A stretch of 64,000 bases of DNA, taken from the NCBI GenBank assembly GCA_023515725.1, contig JALDTO010000069.1:47482-111481 (forward strand), read 5' to 3'. Numbering within the stretch: the stretch's first letter is position 1; every line of letters begins with the position of its first letter. Below are positions 1 to 12,418 of this stretch, one piece after another. This stretch comes from Amoeboaphelidium protococcarum X5. Its lineage: Eukaryota > Fungi > Aphelidiomycota. A program made the position numbers and the translations under genes. Under the pieces are notes generated by a model, which worked only from the letters and a program-made list of their open reading frames with translations, was not told the origin of the DNA and ran no database searches.

Positions 1-606
1 TAGCCTCATATGACGCGCTGTAATGCAAAAGCTCATTAATCTTCACTAAGCTCAGAGTCTTAGTCGACAGCGTTCACAATCATCAATCACAACTATATAA
101 CACTAAATTAAGATTGTGCATGTATATAAGGTAGAATGATCGCAAAGTCTATCAATAAGTACAGTAATTATAACTACCAGATATTACGCGGCCAACGAAA
201 CAGCAAAGCTTCACATCAAGCTTTCCATTTGTAGCAGTCAAGTAGTAGGCAGACACAATTTTGGCTCGATAATATACAGCGACAATAGCAGTAGGTACTC
301 ATCGGCGCCAACTTTAAACAAACACCTCAAGCCATTGTGTACGGTAAGATATCGTTGTTTGATTATCTGGCAATTGAGGTAGACGCTGTCAACTAAAAAC
401 AACAACAACAGTATAACACAGGATATCTTTAATCAGCAACAAAATCAATAATCGTCATCAAAAGTCTACAGACGCTCTCTTTAATGAGAATCATCGTCCA
501 CCTGGCCGGCAGTATGAATCGCTTCATCTTCATCCTGTAAATCATACACAGCGTGTCTTTGTCGTCGTAGAGCAGTCCTCAGCGATTATTGAATACTCTT
601 CAATGA
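1..606 (+). CDS. Possible 3' part of an unidentified gene entering the window (open to TGA 604-606 in table 6; may really end at TAA 394 or 430)
   Basis: Frame 1 has no TGA from 1 to 603. No recognisable motif. Confidence 0.3.
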
Positions 607-1599
607 CATGGACTTTCTCGTCATCTTTGATGAATTACTACTATTTTACACTTTGGATACTGCTTTCAACTTGGGCTAACTCCTAATTTATTCCAGGAGC
701 GAACTGATTTATCCCAAATGAGCACCTGGCTCCTGATTATCATCTGAATTCTGCTAGTGATCAAAGGACCGTTATTATCCATCGCTAGACTTTCTACTAA
801 AACTTGATCGCATTATTAATTACTATGTAGAATTAGTCAACAGTTGCACCTTTTAAATAATACTAGTGAGACTTTTGGCCATTTCTTCGTGAGATATCTT
901 GTCAGTGTATTCAATACAATATTTATGCGCAGACTCGGCCTATTTCAAGACTGACTTCAAGTCCTGATTAGATTGAGTGATAGATTACAAGAGCGCCGCA
1001 TTTTATTGCTTCAGCCGATTGATGGCCATCTCAGACAATTGATCATATTGCCTTTATTTTACACTACCACCACCACCACCACCAGAAAATTTGACCTCAC
1101 CTTAATTGTGATCAGCGGTATGAGAATATTCGCACAGTCTCGCATCATCAGCCCTCATCGCATGCATAGTTGGCCTTCGCTTGAATTAATTAAGCTCTTG
1201 ATCAGAATCTGCAGGAGTAACAGGACGCATAGTTAATCTTCTATTAGCATTGATGTTACTAGATTTGACGCCACCAGTTGATAACAATCCCCGTTATGAT
1301 CGAGATTCGCTACCCAGACGGAGCAATTCGCTTTGTAAAGCTTTAATGCGATCACGATAAGATCCAATCTACGCGTCTTTCTACATATTATTAAGCTTCT
1401 CTTTAATGCAAATGTCCATCAATTGAATCTTCTTCTTCCACTGCGCATACTAATCCATAGTCTTTTGAAATTGACCATAATTGCACAGTTCATCACTCTG
1501 ATCTAATACACCGCTGATCATATCTTCTTGGAATAACGCCTAGACATTTGCATTAGTGTGAGGACACTCTGGTAGCTCATACCATTATATAGAGTGCAT
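445..1599 (-). CDS. Coiled-coil protein with C-terminal WH2-central-acidic (WCA-like) module, 384 aa
   Basis: Single table-6 ORF from ATG 1599 to TGA 445-447. Tail reads SLLEQIRSQPKLKAV ... IQQSLRTALRRQRHAVYDLQDEDE ... FDDDY. Confidence 0.65.
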
Positions 1600-1851
1600 A
1601 GCGAAATAGATAAATTGTATTAACCAATTTTAGTTGAACAAAATAATTAGCCAATAACATGAAGTAGAGTAAAAGGGAATGGTAGCCCCTGACAGAATAG
1701 ATCGCGCGTTTTCTTCACCATGTAGAGTTTTACTCATTCAACTTCCTCCCTTAGTGCTAAGTGCTGTTTATAATCTTAACGATATTAATTGCGGCGCTAA
1801 ATTAAAATTACCCTTCGCTCTCTCTCTCTGTGATTATAAAGTATTAAAAAA

Positions 1852-3513
1852 ATGTCAGATGCTGGTAGAGTGGTGTGTATATAGTTTCCGGAATGTGTGT
1901 AAAGTCGCCATTAGTAGTATAAGATTATAGTGCTGAACTTGCCTCCTGAGTAGAAATAGTTCATCGAGAAGATGCAATACTTGTGTCAGTTCCGGGAAGA
2001 TATGACGCGTTGTAATTAAAGTACTTAGTTAAAGCATAGTAGCGACGCAGGGGATAATAGCTAATACACATTAGAGAGGAGTCTGAGATTAAAGTTTAGC
2101 ACCGAGTCTGCCGCGTCATAGTTCCACCGGTAAACGTACCGTTAGTTCAAGCTGGGTGGTTAGTGGCTGTAGATTGAATTGACGGGTGATCTGGTTGATA
2201 AAGATGATGCGGTAGATGGGCATGTAATACTAGAAGGACTTTTAGATGTCTAAAGTTGTCCCAATTCCCGACATTGTATCGTGCTGTAATTGAATGGATT
2301 GTCATAGTAAGAGTTTGATTTTGAATATTACGCGCGTACATTTAAGGTAAAGGCGGTGCTTGCTGTCGAAGAATGTCATATTTATTACTTGTTCTTTGAT
2401 GACTAAGTATCTTGTAATGATTTTGAGATGCACATTAGTGAAGTGTTGCCTTTGAAGTGCTTCTATCATGCTGAAGAGCAGTTAGCTAAGGCTCTATTTA
2501 ATCGATTTGTCACTGAATAGTAATATAATAGTCAAGATACTAGCTTAGAGTACTGCGGTGATTGTTATTACATTAAAAAGTTGGAATTCTCTACTGATTA
2601 AATGATGGCTTAAGGCTAAGAACAAGAGCTAGTTATAGATGGTAGCGCTAAAGATGATGCTCTACCAGCTTCAGAGGATGTATATGAAGACAATAGCGAT
2701 TAAGATGATGCCGAGCAGTTTTTGGAATCACTGGCGGCGAACTAAGGATCATCAACAACTCAGGAATTCGATTAATTATCATCGTCTTAATCCTTTTAAA
2801 TACACAATGGAGAATAAAATTTTGAAGGAAATTTGGCTGTTATCTTACCTGCTGTGGATCAATTTGTAAGTTGGAGCAATCTTGGGTGTGTGTTGTGTCA
2901 GCGACGATTTTAGACGCGTCTGCATCTTGAAGTTCACCTTAGGGAATCTATTACTCATAGCTAAAGGTTTTAGTAATTTGTCAGTGATTTGTAAAAGTAT
3001 CACCATGAACAGGCTGCGTTAATGTTCAGTTAGTTTTCCACATAGCCAAAGTAATAATTATCAAACACTATAACGGAGTAATGCTCATCGTAGGTGAAGC
3101 GAAAATAAAGCTAGTAGATGATGCACCATTAAGTTGAATCCTAAGTTGATCGACAGTGGGGTATCAAAAAACAAAAGAGATCGTCTGAGGCATCATCGTA
3201 TTCTTCATGGGGAGTGTATGAAAGTATCCGGAGCTAATCTTCACAAGAGGTCTAAGAATAGAAGGTTATCCTTGAAGATACATAAGAGAAGTCGTAAGTC
3301 CATGTAAATGATAACTCAAGTGATAAAGGTGCAAATGCTGGCGAAAAGCTGTTGAAGAAGATTGGATGGAGTGGAACAGGCGGTCTTGGTAAAAATGGAC
3401 AAGGAGTAAAGTTGGCATTTGAGCCTCAAATCTACAAAAAAGGCAAAGGTATTGGCGCATCTAAATCGCTTCCTCTATCATAATACAACAACAATAATCA
3501 AGAATAAGTTTGA
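1852..3513 (+). CDS. RBM5/RBM10-like splicing factor (degenerate RRMs, C2H2 zinc finger, G-patch)
   Basis: Table-6 ORF of 553 aa. Zinc finger WSNLGCVLCQRRFQTRLHLEVHLRESITH; C-terminal G-patch GEKLLKKIGWSGTGGLGKNGQG...GKGIG. Confidence 0.8.
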
Positions 3514-3656
3514 ATAATTAGTACTGTATTCTTCATTATTATAATATTAATTGTACAGTATTATTAACTATTCGGTCACAATCTTATAATTAATGTCTTT
3601 TTCACGTACCTCCACATACTTCACTATAAAATACTTAATCACAATACTCAAAATCT

Positions 3657-6533
3657 TCACAACTCCCACTGAACGGTGAAAGCGCGGTCCAACTTGATGG
3701 ATAGATGGCTGATTACTAGCTCCTGCGTCTCTCCATTCCAAATAAAGTTCTGCTCAGCAATCTTCTCGCTGTTTAGCAAAACTTAAGATGGACGTTGACT
3801 CAATCCCAATACATACAGCTTATCCAATCTACCAAAGGCGTCATAGTTGAATTGACCATCAGCAATCAGAGAGAAGGACTTGCCATTCTTGTTCTCAACG
3901 CGGAAGTTGGCAAAGGAATTGTCCAAATTCTTCACAGGCTCGCTCTCTCCATCATCCAAGTACAAGCTACCGTATGCCTTATTAGATTGATCCAATGCTA
4001 CAATCAACTCAAAATTATTCAGGCGAGACTCATGCGTAGTATAACCAGGAATCTGCAAAGGAATAATGTGACCACCGCGGATATGAACATTCACATGATC
4101 AATTGGCGCATTCAACTTCAGCCACTAGCCTTCCTTCTAACCAGCTGGCAGATCGACCACTTTACGCTTGCTGTACCAATCATACCAACGACCAGCAGGG
4201 AAATAACCATAAACATGGTCTTTACCTTGCTCCAAAACTGGAGTGACCATAATCGCTGAACCAACCAGGAACTGACGGTCAAAGTACATCAACTATTCGT
4301 CTTGTGGGAACTCAAAGAACAGTGGGCGCAATACAGTTGCTCCGAACTAGGAAGCCTCATAGAACAGAGTGTAATAGTACGGTAGCAATTGATAACGCAC
4401 ACCCAAAGCTTTGCGTGAAGCAGCGGCCACACTGTCCCACAGATATGGTTCCTGAGCGCGTACTCCACGAGTATTGTGGTTACGAGAGAACGGATAGAAT
4501 GCACCAAGAGACATCCAACGTGCACACAACTCTTCAGTTGTGTCTCCGACAAACCCGCAGATATCAGCACCAACGTACGGGATACCAAACAGTTGGAAAG
4601 ACAGGACGGCAGGAATGGACAAGAATAAATGTTCCCATGTAGAGAAGTTATCACCAGTCCAATGACCGGCGTGTCTACCAGTGGAAGCAAAAGTAGATCT
4701 GGACAATACAAACGTTCTCTTGCCAGGCTTGATGTCCAACAGGGCATTTCTGGTCATGATAGCCTCAGAGTGGCCGTATAAGTTGTGCAAATTATAGTGC
4801 AAAGTATTGTTGTAATGTCTTGCATCCGGTGCCACAGTCTTGAAAGTCAATGGCATGTTGCTGTCTCCACCATTACCAATCTTATACTATGGATTGGCAG
4901 CGTCCTCAATCTACACAGACGCCTTCTTGAACACCAATTAATCGTCACTGCCATGGTCCAAAGCATCAGTAGCCTCACCGCGGTCAGCCAGCATAAGAAC
5001 ATCATCGCAAGGACCATCCTGAGTGTGACAGAAGTTGGCCGGCTCATTCATGTCGATCCACCAACCATCTAGGTCAACATCTTGCATAAACTTTCTGATC
5101 CACTTGGTCCACCATTCCTGAGTATTCGGATTATTGAAATCAGGGAAAGCAGTAGGACCGGGCCAGACTTTACCAACCAGCAGATTGCCATCAGCGCGCT
5201 TGATGAACAAATCTTTAGCCACACCTTCATCAAATGGAGCATGTCCAGGTTCAACCTTGATAGCAGGATCCAGGATCAATACATATTTCTGATGTTCAGC
5301 ATGTAAATCAGCCACAAACTTCTTCACCTTATCCACAGGATAATTACGCGGATCCAGCGTAAAGTCCTTGTACTGATCCATATAGTCAATGTCAGTCCAC
5401 ATGGTCTCCAGAGGGATAGAAGCTTCACGGTATCTTCTCACCACCTCCTTCACTTCATCCAGATTCCTGTAACCAAATCTGCATTAATGGAATCCAAGAG
5501 ACCAATATGGAATCATCAGCGGATTACCAATAACTTCATAGTACTGATACACGACATCAGCAGGTGTTGGACCGGTGAAAATGTAAAAGTCCAAGACACC
5601 ACCAATGATCTTGTAAGTCAGAGTACGAGAACGCAATAAGATATCCATACCATTGGCATTCAACAAGAACACACCATGTGCCTTACCACCGCGCACTTCC
5701 ATATAAAACGGATGTGAACCATAAATGTTCTGATCAACTGGAGTCGCAGCATCACGAGCCCATAAAGTTTATCTGGTGTTCAAGTTATCGCGTCTAAAAG
5801 AGTGCACCACTTCACCGAGACCAAAGATATGCGCATTCTCAGGTACTTAAGTAGATAGCTCCAAATATTTATCCTCGTAAATTAGAGGATTAATCACGGT
5901 ATTCTGATCATTAGCAGGCACAGCAGTGTCGAACAGTACGACTTGATCGGACTTTCTCACCACCTTGATCGAGAACGGATCATTCACCACCTCAACCTTG
6001 TAAGCAGCTTCTTCTTCATCGACGGTGAACTTTGATGGTAGCGGGCGCTTGAATAAATACTCAGGCACTTCAAAGCGCTGGCTATCAGCATCGGTTATCT
6101 TGAAATGGACACGAGTATCAGTCTCATACCAAACTTGCAATTTCAAATTACGAATATCACGGTCAAACATGCCACACTCCCTAATAAGAGTGAGATCAGC
6201 TTCAATCTTCAGATGTGAGTCCACCAACTTCTTTTCAACATTGGCAACGCGGTAACCTTTACATGAGCCAGATTGAGCCTTGTGAAAGCACCAGGGAGCC
6301 ATTGCCTAAGAATAGACGGGGGACCAACAGCAGCCATTACGTTCACATTCTTCTTTAGTAGTTCCCAGGTATCCACAGTCAGAGCGTTGATGTGGCTAGA
6401 CATTACAGGCACCATTCAGCATGTCCACGTCTTTCTAGGTAGCAGAAGCCAGTTCAGCAAGCGGATTCTGCATGATGACATTGCAGCACACAAGCGGTGC
6501 AACTAAACACCCAATAGACAGAGCGAAACGCAT
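3657..6533 (-). CDS. Secreted/lysosomal GH31 alpha-glucosidase with N-terminal trefoil (P-type) domain, 958 aa
   Basis: Signal peptide; trefoil RSDCGY...CERNGCCW; catalytic WIDMNEP and HWTGDN motifs; GADICGF. The track's fragments join in one frame through TAA/TAG. Confidence 0.95.
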
Positions 6534-6815
6534 ATTTTATTCAGTTCAAGATCTACGCTTTATACGGAGAAGATCCAAAGTTCAATGATGCACTTGCGGA
6601 GTGGAGAAGTGATTAGTAAGAGGAAACGATGCGAACGAGGGGTGAATGAAAATTTTCGTCAACAACAATCAGCGCCACACTCAATCTCTCCAGCTTGTGT
6701 GGCTGGCTGTTGCCGTATAAAATTAGATTAGTTGATGTGATCAAATCATAAAATTACATAATCTTATTCACGATTACTTTATCTTCAATGAGGTCAATTG
6801 TATTGTGCTTGATAA

Positions 6816-8229
6816 TCACCACATTATTCTCTAATCGACCCCAGGCTCGCTGTCCCATTAGAGCGTACGCGTTAGAAACAGCCTTAACACGGCAAAGTTT
6901 ATCAACGCGTATAAAGTAGTTTCCATTAACTTTGCAGCATTTTCCAGCTTGAGATTTAACCGCATAATTACGAATGGTGTTATAAAGTAGCGAAACTCAA
7001 ACAGGGGTGAAGGTACTAAAGCGATCGCAGATGCTAACCAGAATATGCAAGTCCAGATCAGACTTGTTTCAGTGATCATAATCGCAGATAAAGTTCGTAA
7101 ACTTAGTACGTACGGAACAGCTAATAGATATTTTACCATTGGATTCAGTCTCAACACTTTCCACACATAGAATGATAAATGTCTGTTATCACTGAGAAGG
7201 AACGGATGATCAATGCTGAGATAGTGAATGGCGAGCATCACCACAAGTACCTGTGATGCAAACCAAAAAGGACTCTGCACGCATTTTTAAAATACTTGAA
7301 ACACACACCCCCATTTGAGAGATACAGAGAGAAGGACGATAGACAGCAACGCAAAATACATGAGTTGGTTGATGTGAAAGCTAACAACATGATTCTACTT
7401 GTCACCCATTGCAACACCACCATTCGTGAGAGCAAACACCAAGAAACATATACATACGATAACAAAAGACCATAGGCGTTGGAATAGCGCCGGTGCATTA
7501 GACAATACGCTAATAATAAAGTCAACTATCGTTACGTGGACCTTAGTTCCATTGCTGAGGAAATCAATAGCTGACACGCCTGCGATAAACAAGCACCAGG
7601 CAATATTGGTTTACCTTACCATCAGAGAACATGCTACAGCAGTAGAGCTTAAGATGTATGATCGCATCTTGGCTTAATACATTGCAAACACAATCAATCC
7701 GGTAGACGCCACATCAGTATAGTACAGAAAGTTGAAAAAGAACAGCCACGGAACGAGGCAAATATTCAAAGCCGCCCACGGATTTCCAGTATACAGCAGC
7801 GATGACCAGTATAGTAATGAAGTATATACGATATTAGTAGCTCTAAGAAAGCCAAGTGAACATTCAATATTATAGTCGCCACTCAACGCGGCCAACCATC
7901 TAAAAAACACGCTCGCGTAATACCTACTCAAACATTTGACTGAAATTGATCAAATTAAATTAATAATACTTACAAACCTGGTGGGGTAGTTATCTTGCCA
8001 TCCCAGTCATTGAAATTCCCCTTGCAGAATTGTTGCGTCTATCGAACATGGAATATTTCATCCTACACATCCGCTGATGATCATCATTAAAGCTCAATGA
8101 GGGGAGACAGACACGTACCATGTAAGGCAGAGGGACCTGGGCATTTACAACGTTCTAGACTGTGTGAATCACAGCAATTAAGCCACTGAAGACCAGAAAC
8201 GCCGTTTTGAAACTGCAATAAGGTTTCAT
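6816..8229 (-). CDS. ALG10: Dol-P-Glc:Glc2Man9GlcNAc2-PP-Dol alpha-1,2-glucosyltransferase (introns 8063-8118, 7924-7973)
   Basis: PYMDEIFH...KITTPPGL, FLYYTDV, RQTNI, HPFLLSDNRH, EFRYF and C-terminal QRIMW. Spliced length is divisible by 3. Confidence 0.93.
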
Positions 8230-8300
8230 GTTGTCTCCTCCTCTTTTAGTTTCACAGAGTTATAATTGCCAAGCACACCTATCGTCTGCAAGATAAAAAC

Positions 8301-11300
8301 ATGAAGTTCCTCAAGTTTTTTGTGTATCAGGCAACTATTATCACTCATGTACGTGTTCTACTGGCACAACAAGTCATTGACATTGGTTCTGGCTCTTATT
8401 ACGCGTCAATCCCTGCTAGTAAAGGTAATAAAGGCGCGTCGTCCATCTCAGACTGCTCAGTGCAAGACTAAAGAACCGTTCCTGCAGAGTTCTTTGTCAC
8501 TCAACGTGAAGAACCAATACCAACTCATCAATGGTATGGCTCCCTGGTGTGGAGAAGATGTCTGAATGATGCCCAATCCTCACTGCCAATATACGCGTAC
8601 CCGTTGGCCTTTCGTGCAACTCCCTCTGGTTTGTCCGTTTCACAAGTTTCTGAAACGGTCGTCATTTCTCACACGGATTTCTCGTACTTGAAGGCTTACA
8701 AGAACACTTTTGATCCGTTTGATTTTAAGCTGCAGTATGAGAAGCCAGCTCAATATCAAGTCCTCTTGGAGGATTATGATGATCTGACTGCATCTTTTGT
8801 GTGGCAAGACAATGCTGGAAATGTTGTTCTGCGTGTGGTGCTGGGTCGTGGTCTTCCATTCTTTCATGTGTATCAGTTTGACACGACGCAGAAGTTGCAG
8901 CTGGTTACTTAAGGATCTGCAAAGACAGTTTTTAACAATGCTGGTGAGCTGTTAATATCTATTCAGACATATCGTGGCCCTGATATTCTACACAGTTTCT
9001 ATCTGAATTTCGATGGTGATGTGTCGCCTACAGTGGAGAATGGATTCAGCAGTTCTGGGGCACCGTAAGCTGTTATAACCTTCTCTGGTCCTTTGAAGTC
9101 CAAGTTATCAATTGCTCCAACTCCAATGTCCGATGAAACAAGTATTGGATTTCTACGCTCAGCTGCTAATTCTGTTGTGAAGGCGAGCACTGTGTCTTAC
9201 GAGTATGTTTAAGCATCGAATCTGGTGAATGTCAAGTTTAGTTATACATCATCTGGCGATGATAACTTCATAATCTGCGTTCCGCCATCAATCTCTGATC
9301 AGGCTAGTCAGGATACCTTAGCAAAATAGCTGTAATTGCAGTACTAAACCACTCGTGGAGCACTGTCATGCTTTCAGACATCAGCACTGCAATACTCTGT
9401 GAAATATACACCTATTCTGCCTATCATGCCGAATCTGTTACAAAGCCCGGATACCAAAGGTGACATTGCTGATATGGTGTCCGATTTTGCAAGCAAGTCT
9501 CAATCTGAGCTGATCCCAATAACTGATACTTATTTTACCGGGAAGGCGTTATGTAAAGTGGCTAATGTCATGTTGATCGCCCAGCAGCTGGAGATGGACG
9601 ACGAAGTTCGTATTCTACTGAACATGGTGAAAGATGTGCTGGAGGATTTCTTTACGGTCGATGGTTAGGCTTATTTCTACTATGATACCAATGCTAAAGC
9701 CTTGATTGGCCATCCTGCTTCTTTCGGTTCTGATACGGAGCTGAATGATCACCACTTCCACTACGGCTATATTATTAAAGCTGCAGCATTAGTTGGCACT
9801 GTTGATCTGCAATGGGCTTTATAATGGAAGGATATTATTGATTTGATCATTCGTGAAGCCGCAAATTATGACATAAGTGACAAGAGATTCCCTCGCAATC
9901 GCTAATTTGATCACTATGTCGGGCATCACTACGCTTCTGGTCATGGTTACTTTTACAGTGGCAATAACTAGGAGTCCTCAAGTGAGGCGATGAACTTTAA
10001 TTCCGCTTTGATATTATGGGGAGAGCTGATAGGAAACTAAATAGTCAGAGATTTGGGTATCTATATGCATGCCGTTGAATCCAATGCCATCGATTACTTC
10101 TGGTTTAATACTTATGGCAACGTGTTTCCGCGCACTTCTGTTAATTTTATCGATGACTATTATAACGCTGTAGGATTACCACTAGACTCGGTCTCAGCCG
10201 ATGGAACTCTGTCTGTATTGGGCGATTCTTTTGGTTTGTACTAGTTGTATAACATCACCGACCAAATCAAAGAATCCACCTCGACCGATGTTGTATTCGA
10301 CTCAACCACCACTGGTTATGACGTTCCATTTTGTGCATTAGTATGGGATGATGGCGGCAGTTATGAAATATTCTTTGGCCCTCCGCTACCAGAATTTCTA
10401 CTGGGCATCAACTTACTACCTGTAAGCGCATAATCATTCTATTTGGCGCGCCATCGCAATGTCTACGAGAAGCTACTGAAGTAAATGACTGACAACCAGG
10501 GCAGTAATGGTTTGCAGCAGTGGCAAGATGTTATTTGGACTTGGTAGTCAATGTTCAATCCCGATGCTGCGATTGCCAGTTTGTCCCAGAATCCGACTTA
10601 CCCTGTGGAATAGGGAGCTTCTACCGTTCACACGTTGTACTTCTTGCTGGCCAATTAGCTGGCAGGTCAATTATCTGACCAGATCACGTCCGACAGTCCG
10701 TTTGGATTGGCGTTTTCCAATGGAGTATATATTGCTTACAACCCATCTTCCTCTGTGAAAATCGTGCGCTTCTCAGATGGGGTTCAGCTGTCCGTAAATC
10801 CTTTGTCGTATGCTGTGCAATCTAATGACTCTCCAATCCCTCCTCCTCCTGTTCCACCTATTGTCCGTCCGCCGCTGGTGACTACAACTGGAACTCCGAC
10901 CGTTGCAATTCCAATTGCTACCACTCAGCCTGTGGTAATTCCAACTACAATGACATCCAATCAACTAACTACTACTTTGACTGATATCCCAGCTCCATCC
11001 ATTGGAATTCCTGCTGGTGGATGTGGATTGATCAATGGCAATAAATTGAAATGCTTTGAAGATCTATGTTGCTCTCAGTATGGATATTGCGGAAGTAGTG
11101 ACGCTTACTGCGGTGTGGGTTGTCAGTCAAATTACGGTGTGTGTGACGATTTGGACTCTGACGTGTCCTCTGACGGAAAGTGCGGAATGCTGGATGGTCG
11201 CAAGAAGAAATGCAAGCAAGGCTTCTGTTGCTCAAAGTTTGGCTGGTGCGGATCCACCGCTGACCACTGCCAGATGGGATGCCAAAAGGATTACGGCGTC

Positions 11301-11312
11301 TGTTTTCAATGA
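8301..11312 (+). CDS. GH81 endo-beta-1,3-glucanase with Pro/Thr linker and two C-terminal CBM18 (hevein) domains, 1003 aa
   Basis: NDHHFHYGY and GNNQESSSEAMN catalytic motifs; CCSQYGYCG and CCSKFGWCG hevein repeats; hydrophobic N-terminus. Confidence 0.92.
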
Positions 11313-11354
11313 TACTGTATTTAATAATGATATCAAACGATGATCAAATGAAAA

Positions 11355-11792
11355 TCACTATTAGTGAGTCAATTCATACACTTGGTGGGCAATACGGTCC
11401 AATTCCTATTGACCAACCTGGCTGATTCTTCTTCCACCATTCTCGTCCTTCTCCAGAACCTTGATCTTCTCCAAAGACTGCATGGCGTTACGGATAACTG
11501 ATCCAGAGCCGTGAGCGTGATGTGATGGTCTGTTTCCATTGTTCTTGGCACCGCCGAGCTTTCTGCGGAGTCCACCAACACCCCAACCTTTTCTAACGTA
11601 CACCTAACGCGCAACAGCTGCGACGCGGTGATAATACCAATCTGGATCCTGTGGGGCCAACTCTTTATGAATACCAGTCTTTACCAAATCTACCCACTTT
11701 GGAACCTCCAGCTTACCGGAACGCTTCAAATACTCGGCATAAGCCTTAACAAATTTCTATGGGCACACGTCTTTTACGCTTGCTGATGGCAT
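11355..11792 (-). CDS. RPS19: 40S ribosomal protein S19 (eS19)
   Basis: SVKDV...[25 protein letters not shown]; ends TAA TAG TGA. Confidence 0.97.
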
Positions 11793-12418
11793 ATTTGTGT
11801 CTTGATTATATTTCTTTCCTTCACACTATGAAAATTTGATGGAGCTCAGGCAGTAATGAAATTCCTCGAAAGAATTTAACACTTCGGTCGAATCAACCTT
11901 AGCGCGATGAACTGATAAAATGCAAAAATGAAAATTAGCGATAGCAGGTGGGAAGTGGAACAATTGAGAGATCTAGCATATAAGTTAAACAATGCTGGTC
12001 ACATTGGAAATTTATTGTGTCGTAGATTTAGTTAATAATTTAACCACGACGTAATGATTTTGGTATGTACTGTACAAATTTTTTTGGTCAAACATTTCAA
12101 TATTAAGTTAGTATTGCTTCGCGTTAATGACATTTTTTAATGCTTTTGCGACTTTTTCGGTTCTTTGCCGCTCATTGCATTTATCTTTCGCGATCTCCAC
12201 GGTCTTATCTTTCTTTGTTTCAGTATCATAGTTCTCTAAGTGGTTTGTGTGATATGATCTCCATAATAATTCATCAGATCAAATTTTAGTGACTATGGGA
12301 TCAAAATGATGCGTCCTACTGATGGATATCTTGCCGTCTAATGATGAGATTACTTGATTCTTCTACTTCCATTGCAAGTGTAATATATTCTAGTGTTCGT
12401 AGCAAATAAAGAGAAAAA

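Noticed and set aside
1062-1084. (ACC)n microsatellite
   Set aside because: Encodes a poly-Gly tract within the minus-strand WCA-like gene.
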